From contig NW_003314717.1 in NCBI RefSeq assembly GCF_000143415.4, positions 1 to 5,702 of the forward strand: 5,702 nucleotides of DNA, read 5' to 3'. The notes beneath the pieces are model-generated. The model saw only the letters and a program-made list of their open reading frames with translations, made no database searches and had not been told where the DNA came from. Made by a program: the position numbers and the translations under genes. This document shows, piece after piece, positions 1-5,702 of this stretch (positions within the stretch are counted from its first letter, which is position 1; each line of letters starts with the position of its first letter). This DNA comes from Selaginella moellendorffii (Eukaryota > Plantae > Lycopodiophyta).

Positions 1-900
1 ACATGCCTCCGCAGAAGAATGGCATCCATGCCACTCAACATTTGCACTTGGTCCAAGTGCACCACGTGTCCGATCCCATGACCGACACTCAAAGGTACCA
101 CCGACATAGCAGCCCGTTACGCTAAGGCCATGCCCAATCACCTTTGCCACACTGGTAGTCCAATACCACTTGCATCACCGTCTTGGCTCTCCAAGACTAG
201 GCAAACCATCCGTGAGTGGTCATCTCAGATCCACTCCTTAGCATCCTTAGGATGCCCACCGACAAGGGGAATAGCCTTCCCCAATATCCCTCTGTCAGTC
301 CCCACTAAGTCCCTTTCTGCCCCTGGTCGTGTTTGCCAACACTGCCACTGGATCGAGACCCACAGGCCCGACCACTAAGTCCCACGGTCCTCTGGGACTT
401 CCTCACCACACGACTGTGTCCTTGGTCACTACCCCAGAGGACTGCTCCTCTTCCTTTCCACAGTCTGGGCCTTTGGGACAACATTTCGGAACACCGTGGC
501 CTTACGCGAGCCACCTGGGTACTCTCCTCACCTTCTGCCCTTGGGTGCTCTAGCCATGGGCTTAGAGCGGGTTCCGTTGAGCCACACCAGGTATCCAAGT
601 AGGTAGTGCCACCCACACTTGGACTGGGAGTATCGGCCAGTCAATCTCCCGGGGGAACTAGAGCCGGCTCTTGAACACTTCACCAAGCTACCCTGCTTGT
701 CGGTTTGTGTTCACTCTAGTCTTGGACTTCCCAGTGGGCAGCTCATCACCCAACACTGGGTCCGGCCTTCCTGGGCCAAACTGGCCTTTCCTGGCCAAAC
801 TGGCTCCACTGCAGTCCTCCCCCTACTATACTTTTGGAGCTCACCAAACCCCCTAGGGTCTGGGAGACGAACGCTTTGGGCTTTCACCCTCTCAGGCTCC

Positions 901-1062
901 GGACTCGGACTCGGACTCGGACTCGGACTCGGACTCGGACTCGGACTCGGATTCGGACTCAGACTCGAGCTCGGGCTCGGTCTCGGCCTCGGCCTCGGTC
1001 TCGGTCTCGGTCCCGATCTCGGTCTCGGTCTCGGTCTCGGTCCCGGTCTCGGTCTCGACTTC
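901..1062. repeat. Hexamer microsatellite (GGACTC)n grading into (GGTCTC)n
   Basis: Eight perfect GGACTC copies at 901-948 are followed by in-phase variants GGATTC, AGACTC, GGGCTC, GGCCTC, GGTCTC and GGTCCC up to 1062. Confidence 0.97.
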
Positions 1063-1470
1063 GGACTCCATCTCGGACTCCATCTCAGACTCCATCTCGG
1101 ACTCCATCTCGGACTCCATCTCGGGTCTATCTCGGGTCCATTTCGGACTCCATCTCGGACTCCATCTCGGGTCCATCTCGGACTCCATCTCGGACTCCAT
1201 TTCGGGTCCATCTCGGGTCCACCTCGGACTCCATCTCGGACTCCATCTCGGACTCCATCTCGGGTCCATCTCGGACTCCACTTCGGACTCTAACTCGGGT
1301 CCATCTCGGGTCCACCTCGGACTCCACTTCGGACTCCATCTCGGACTCCATCTCGGGTCCGTCTCGGACTCCACTTCGGACTCCAACTCGGGTCCATCTC
1401 GGACTCCACTTCAGACTCCAACTCGGGTTCATCTCGGACTCCACTTCGGACTCCAACTTGAGTCCATCTC
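1063..1470. repeat. Minisatellite of interspersed 12-mer (GGACTCCATCTC) and 11-mer (GGGTCCATCTC) units with 35-bp and 93-bp higher-order repeats
   Basis: Unit order (A=12-mer, B=11-mer) is AAAAA BBAABAA BBAAABAA BBAAABAA BAA BAA B. The 93-bp blocks are at 1204-1296 and 1297-1389, and the 35-bp BAA blocks at 1355-1459. Confidence 0.95.
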
Positions 1471-1478
1471 GGACACTC

Positions 1479-1487
1479 CCACGTGTC
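1479..1487. promoter_or_regulatory. G-box/ABRE-like motif CCACGTGTC (second identical copy at 62-70)
   Basis: Exact match to CACGTG/ACGTGTC inside the putative LTR, next to the tandem array. The motif is short and its function is unproven. Confidence 0.25.
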
Positions 1488-1705
1488 ATGTGTTGGTCCT
1501 TTTGGGTCCCTTTTTGGAGCCTCGCCTTTTGCTCGCTTCGTGCTCGTTCCTCGAGCACTTCGTTGGGAGTTCCACTCCCGCTTTTGACTTTTCAAGTCAG
1601 AGCTTTTGGTCCAAACGTGTTACGCTCGTTTGGCTCTCGCTTCGGCCACTACCATGTGGCGCCCTTCCGGCTCCACTTTGGGGCCTAGGGATTTTGTGTC
1701 TCACA

Positions 1706-1717
1706 ACTCCACCACCC
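1706..1717 (-). other. Polypurine tract (plus-strand primer site) of the LTR element
   Basis: Minus strand GGGTGGTGGAGT is immediately followed by TGTGAGA, the canonical TG start of an LTR at 1705. Confidence 0.6.
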
Positions 1718-1726
1718 ATAGACGAA

Positions 1727-1746
1727 GTTCGATGTCCTCATCGAAC
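1727..1746. other. PPT-proximal hairpin GTTCGATG-tcct-CATCGAAC (8-bp stem)
   Basis: Perfect inverted repeat seen directly, 9 nt from the PPT. Confidence 0.9.
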
Positions 1747-1809
1747 GGTGAACCATTTTATAAAGTAACACCCGCATGTGTTACCATTTCCATCCTTGGC
1801 GCGTAGCCA

Positions 1810-1904
1810 ATATTTGTCAAATGGTGTGACATTGAAGGCTCACCATGCCTTCTCCATATTCGTCAATGGTTGGACATTGAAGGCTCACCATGCCTTTTGC
1901 ATAT
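1810..1904. repeat. Tandem duplication, ~45-bp period, two copies
   Basis: An identical 24-mer GACATTGAAGGCTCACCATGCCTT occurs at 1828-1851 and 1873-1896 with similar flanks. Confidence 0.93.
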
Positions 1905-2920
1905 CCTCTAAGGAGGGTAGTCTTTCCAACTTAGAGACTGATTGGACCACATATAGTGGTTCTCTCCTTTTATTGGTTTAGTTCTCGCTAAACCTCTTAG
2001 AGACCCTTCTCTAAGTCAATCCCACTACTCCTTCTCGAGTAGTCTCAATTTCCATCGATATAACCTTTGCACTTTGGAACTTTGAATTTTGACTTCTTGG
2101 AGTCAATTTCCTAGGTGTCTCTGACACCTTGCCTTGCACCTTTTGTGCAACTCCACTTCCCATCCTAGGAAGTTCTCTACTCGAGGGCACCATCATCCTC
2201 TCTTCTATTTCGTGCCAAAATTCCAGTTATCATACTTTGTGCTAGGGCTGTTCATGGCCCTATCATTTGGCTACCTTACTGCTCCCTCCCTTGGAGCTTC
2301 CACTTTCGCCAAATCGGAGCATTTCGGAATCCCTCCTTGGAAACACACTTCCTTTTCCGCAACTTGTTAGCGTCCAACACATTAGTGTTCCTCGCCTAAC
2401 TTTGTCACTTGGATTCCTTCCAAGGGATTCCACGGCCCTATCTTGGCCACTCATCTTTTGCTCCTATCCGTTGATTGTTGCACCAAGCAACATCGAATCT
2501 CTACCTCCCTCCTTGAGGTATTGTTTCGGTTCCATAGTAAAGACTCTTCTTTGCCAAGTCCGGAGGATGTTCACCCCTAGTATGTCTCTTTAGCATCTTC
2601 TGCTATGGGCTCTATCCACGGCCCAACTTCGTGACCCTCCCATAGGTCTTTTATAGAGACTACTTTCCTCGGACTCACTATGCCATAGCACGGACATAGT
2701 TTATTTCCCTTAGGTGCTCTTCCCACTTGGTCATCACGACCAAGCCACACCACCTTAAACAGTTCAATTTCAACATTTTGAACCAGGAACTTCATTCCTT
2801 AGCCAACCAAGGACCTTGTCCTTATCTGGCCATAAGATCACCTAGTGATCCCACCTTGGCACCTTAACAGAGTTGCCAAGAGGTACTTGGTCTTCTACAC
2901 CTCCAAGTTGTTAACTATAA

Positions 2921-3190
2921 CCCCGGGGGCATCCCCCACACTTGGCGGTGCACCCAAGCCAGCCCTTACGGCCAAGGGTTCATAGCAACTGAGATTAGGT
3001 GTCCCCATCTCACTCACTACGACCTTGGTGCCACTTGCACCAAAGCGTTCAAGTTAGATATGCTGAGCTTTCACACTAAGCAATCTAATCGTGCATCACG
3101 ACTCCGAGGCATCCCTCGCTTGGCGGTGTGCCCAAACCAGTCTCCCCACTGAGAGTCCATGACCACCGAAATATGAGTGTCCTCATATTC
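2921..3190. repeat. Diverged direct repeat of ~90 bp (about 2921-3010 and 3101-3190)
   Basis: GGCATCCCCCACACTTGGCGGTGCACCCAAGCCAG...GTGTCCCCAT aligns with GGCATCCCTCGCTTGGCGGTGTGCCCAAACCAG...GTGTCCTCAT. Confidence 0.8.
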
Positions 3191-3207
3191 CAAACCATCA
3201 CCACGCC

Positions 3208-3328
3208 CTAGTGATTTGGGACTTGAACCCAAGCACTAGAGGGTTGGGACTCGAACCCAACCTCCGTATATGCATCTACGGACGGCATCACACAAGATGC
3301 CTGGCGTGACTCCCCACGCCGGTGCACC
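3208..3328 (-). ncRNA. tRNA-like cluster of five adjacent stem-loops with two T-loop/B-box motifs (not a canonical tRNA)
   Basis: Stems lie at 3303-3320, 3284-3301, 3263-3282, 3242-3262 and 3208-3239. The minus strand carries GGTTCGAGTCC (3247-3257) and GGTTCAAGTCC (3219-3229), each forming a 7-nt loop. There is no acceptor stem or CCA. Confidence 0.45.
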
Positions 3329-5702
3329 AACTTATTTTTAAAGCGTGCTACAGATCACAGCTTAGGAACCTAGTTCCTCCACACTGCCAAGTCCTCTCAC
3401 TTGACATGTCTGTGATCATGCATGGACTCCTCCATGCTCGGCCCCATGGCCCACCCTTTTTGAAGTTATCACCTTCAACTAGGGTATTTGTTCCCCCGAC
3501 GTGCCAATCTCGCTTGGCAAGTCCTTCGACCACTGTAACATGGTTCCTGCATAAGCGTGAAAGTCCTTGACCATCAACTTTCGTTCAAAGCCCTCTCCTT
3601 GAACACTCGGGAACTACTTCCCTAACCTTGATAGCCTTGCCTCCTGGCAAGCTTCAAGACCATGCTTCTGCTGCGCCACTCTGATTTCGCGCGTTCCATG
3701 AAACATTTACACTTGGCCTTTCTAGGTACTAAGCTACCTAGAATCGTCTTTGGGAACCTTGAAGGAACTCTGTCCCTCAGCTTGCTCAGGCCTCCCTTTT
3801 TGCAAGCCTTCCAAATGCCACATAGTCTAACATGGACAATTCCATATTTTAGACTCTCCATGGCATCACGGTTGCTAGCGGCAACACCCTCGAGCCCCCA
3901 CTTGATTCTCCACTCCCAGCTGGCATAACCAACCTTGGTTATGCCCTTTGATTCCTACGGTTCGGTTCTATCTCCTTACTTCTTGCTTTTTGGCTTCACA
4001 CCTTTCCTTTGGTCATTCTCCTCCAGACCAAGAGGATAGCTTTGCACTTTCTATCATGCTTTAGCAAGTATTCTTAGGGATGAACCTACCCAATAGCCTA
4101 GGGAGTGGTTCCTCAATCCGGGTATGCTCACCTTATAATCCCACACACTGAGATTACATTATTGCTTATGGGCCTTTACATGCCCATCACTAGCCTTGCC
4201 AAAATTCCATTTTTGGCTTTGTCCAACTCGGGTAGACAGTCCTCTCCTGTCTCCGCAACCTTGGACATTTGGATAGCACCTTCTATCCATCATTCGCTAG
4301 GGACTTAGTCCCTTGGGCTTTATCCATTGCCCTCGCGACATCAAACACCACCTTCTGGTGTTCTAGAGTGTTCGGGTGTCCCAATGATGGCTTTCTTGAC
4401 AATGAGTATTTCCTTTTATGACATTGACTTACTATATCGCAACACAAGCAACTTATCCCCCGTAAGGGTATATCCAACTTCCCTATGCTATTAAGAAGTC
4501 TTGGGTAGCTACCTTCTACCCGTTTAACCAGTTATTTTGCACCTCTTGCTTAGTTGCCTCATAAATGTCAAGTCCTACAACTCATTGCTTGGTGCTTTCA
4601 CACCTCCATCATTATCTGGGTCACCACACTCCAACTGCATGCTCTGCAGCTTAGGCTATGCTATTCCCATTTCCATTGGGATTCCTTTGGCAAGGGGTTC
4701 TCATGAACCCACCAACATAGCCTCAAGGTATCACACCTTGGCACATTTGGTGTCTCCACACCATCGGCTCCACGAGCCTACCTCTATAACATTTCCCCTT
4801 CGTGTCTAAGTCTTTGCCAAGACCAACACCGCTCTTTCTCATGCCAACCATCCATTAGCACTGCACCATAGAGGTCACACACAACTTTATGTGAAAGTTG
4901 TTTTCTTCTGGGAACACCTTTCCCATAACTTTAGCATAGCACATTTTGCCATCGATGAGATACCCTCTGTTCTCATCCTTGGATCCTATGATCCCCCCCC
5001 ATCCTTTGTGGGGTACAACACACCTCAGTCCAAATGCTTCCATCAGTCCTTTTAGGACCATCCGTTGACTCTACTTGAGTCATCCAGCAATTTTGGACTT
5101 GGTTAATCCACAGACCCGTAAGGTCCTACTTGTGAGGCACTAGCTCACTGGAATACACTTCTTGCATTCCTGTCCTACTCAAAAGGACTATTTTCACAAG
5201 TGTTACTCCGACACTTGATTTTGTTCTCTGGGGGCAACCTTTGCCCCTTAGGACTACTTGTCCATGTGATGAGAACACCAACTCATCCACTTAATACACC
5301 CCCAACTCCTTGGGTTGTTCCAGCATTTATTAGAGGTAGCCCCGGCTACCTTTTCAAGGACTTGAGTCCTCTTCCGTATTTGACCTCCCATGGTCATTAC
5401 TTCTGGTCTCACATTCATGAGCACCAACCTCAACTATATAAGGAAAATCTTGTGACTCCTTTATTGCTTTGGAGTCTTTATCTTTCCCGTGATCCCAACT
5501 GTAGTTATTTACCACAACTACATTAGCCAGTTTGCTAAGTCAAACGCTCATCTGGATCACATCCTCAACTCTTTGAGGAAAACCATATACTGTTCCCAAG
5601 ATCCCAAAGTCGTTCCATTATTGGCCCTTTTCTATCCACCACCTTGTCTACAAGTTCACACATGAACTGTAATGGAGAGCCATATCTTCCCGACCTGCTA
5701 CT

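Larger units (their letters stand above)
1..1705 (-). repeat. Putative 3' LTR starting TG at 1705; distal end not determined
   Basis: TG directly follows the PPT, and a tandem array sits in what would be U3. There is no second LTR copy in the window to fix the other end, so the lower coordinate is a placeholder. Confidence 0.45.
1946..5668 (-). other. Multi-kilobase array of short, sequence-unrelated stem-loops (putative structured non-coding internal domain)
   Basis: Examples with stem length in bp: 1975-1994 (7), 1996-2015 (8), 2024-2043 (7), 2113-2129 (7), 2726-2744 (7), 3025-3043 (7), 3420-3437 (7), 3720-3743 (9), 3922-3945 (10), 4198-4217 (7), 4270-4289 (7), 4344-4362 (7), 4881-4901 (8), 5197-5217 (7), 5231-5247 (7), 5334-5351 (7), 5562-5579 (7). 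Many 5-6 bp stems lie between them. Confidence 0.8.
1..5702 (-). mobile_element. LTR retrotransposon (Ty3/gypsy-like), 3' portion: non-coding internal region, PPT and 3' LTR; possibly non-autonomous (LARD-like)
   Basis: The minus strand reads GTTCGATGAGGACATCGAAC-TTCGTCTAT-GGGTGGTGGAG-T-TGTGAGACAC. This is a palindromic GAGGAC-containing motif, a purine tract and a TG start, the 3'-end layout I recall from plant chromovirus-type gypsy elements. No 5' LTR, TSD or intact pol is in the window, so boundaries and clade are inferred. Confidence 0.65.

Noticed and set aside
157-174. Possible LTR end plus PBS (minus strand TGCA-AG-TGGTATTGGAC)
   Set aside because: Only TGGTAT matches the tRNA-iMet PBS (TGGTATCAGAGC). 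The end is not an inverted match to TGTGAGA, and the motif is also explained as a TGGTA/TACCA hairpin.
820-836. TATA-like motif for the LTR promoter (minus strand AAAAGTATAGTAG)
   Set aside because: The position is plausible, but the match to a TATA consensus is poor and cannot be supported from sequence alone.
901-1470. CRISPR array
   Set aside because: The units are contiguous 6-12-mers with no unique spacers, and no cas genes are present.
619-1688. Long overlapping ORFs on both strands (224, 284, 166, 164, 143 and 101 aa) with GL, SR/RT, SPRW and ESEM repeats
   Set aside because: They are translations of a nearly stop-free tandem array open in several frames at once. The 11-mer units shift frame freely, which argues against coding constraint, and there is no recognisable domain.
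3208-3328. Canonical tRNA gene
   Set aside because: There is no 7-bp acceptor stem, no 7-nt anticodon loop and no clear A-box. It is kept only as a tRNA-like finding.
5036-5060. Hammerhead ribozyme core (retrozyme-like); minus strand CTGATGG...
   Set aside because: The core needs CUGANGA plus a GAAA with proper helices. The sequence reads CTGATGGAAG and does not fit.
1778-5526. Short ORFs of 60-108 aa in the internal region
   Set aside because: Their lengths are in the range expected by chance, many use non-ATG starts, and none has a recognisable motif.
1975-5668. Hairpins as bacterial intrinsic terminators, REP elements or attC sites
   Set aside because: There are no consistent U-tails, no shared consensus and no intervening genes, and the context is a eukaryotic-type LTR element.

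Overview
The window looks like the 3' part of a eukaryotic (probably plant) Ty3/gypsy-type LTR retroelement on the minus strand. A hairpin (1727-1746) and a purine-rich tract (1706-1717) are followed by a TG-starting LTR that runs from 1705 towards position 1. The putative LTR contains a roughly 570-bp hierarchical tandem array of 6-, 11/12-, 35- and 93-bp units. No credible protein-coding gene is present: the long ORFs are artefacts of the repeat array, and there is no intact RT, RNase H or integrase frame in the ~4 kb upstream of the PPT. The most striking signal is that this ~4-kb internal region is tiled almost end to end with short, sequence-unrelated stem-loops. By eye I count about 43 perfect stems of >=6 bp with 3-8 nt loops, against roughly 6 expected in random sequence. 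Many loops are purine-rich on the minus strand, some stems extend through G-U pairs only on that strand, a duplicated module keeps its pairing despite substitutions, and one cluster is tRNA-like with two T-loop/B-box motifs. This suggests a non-coding, structure-selected retroelement RNA (LARD-like or a very long structured 3' region). All counts are manual and need computational confirmation.
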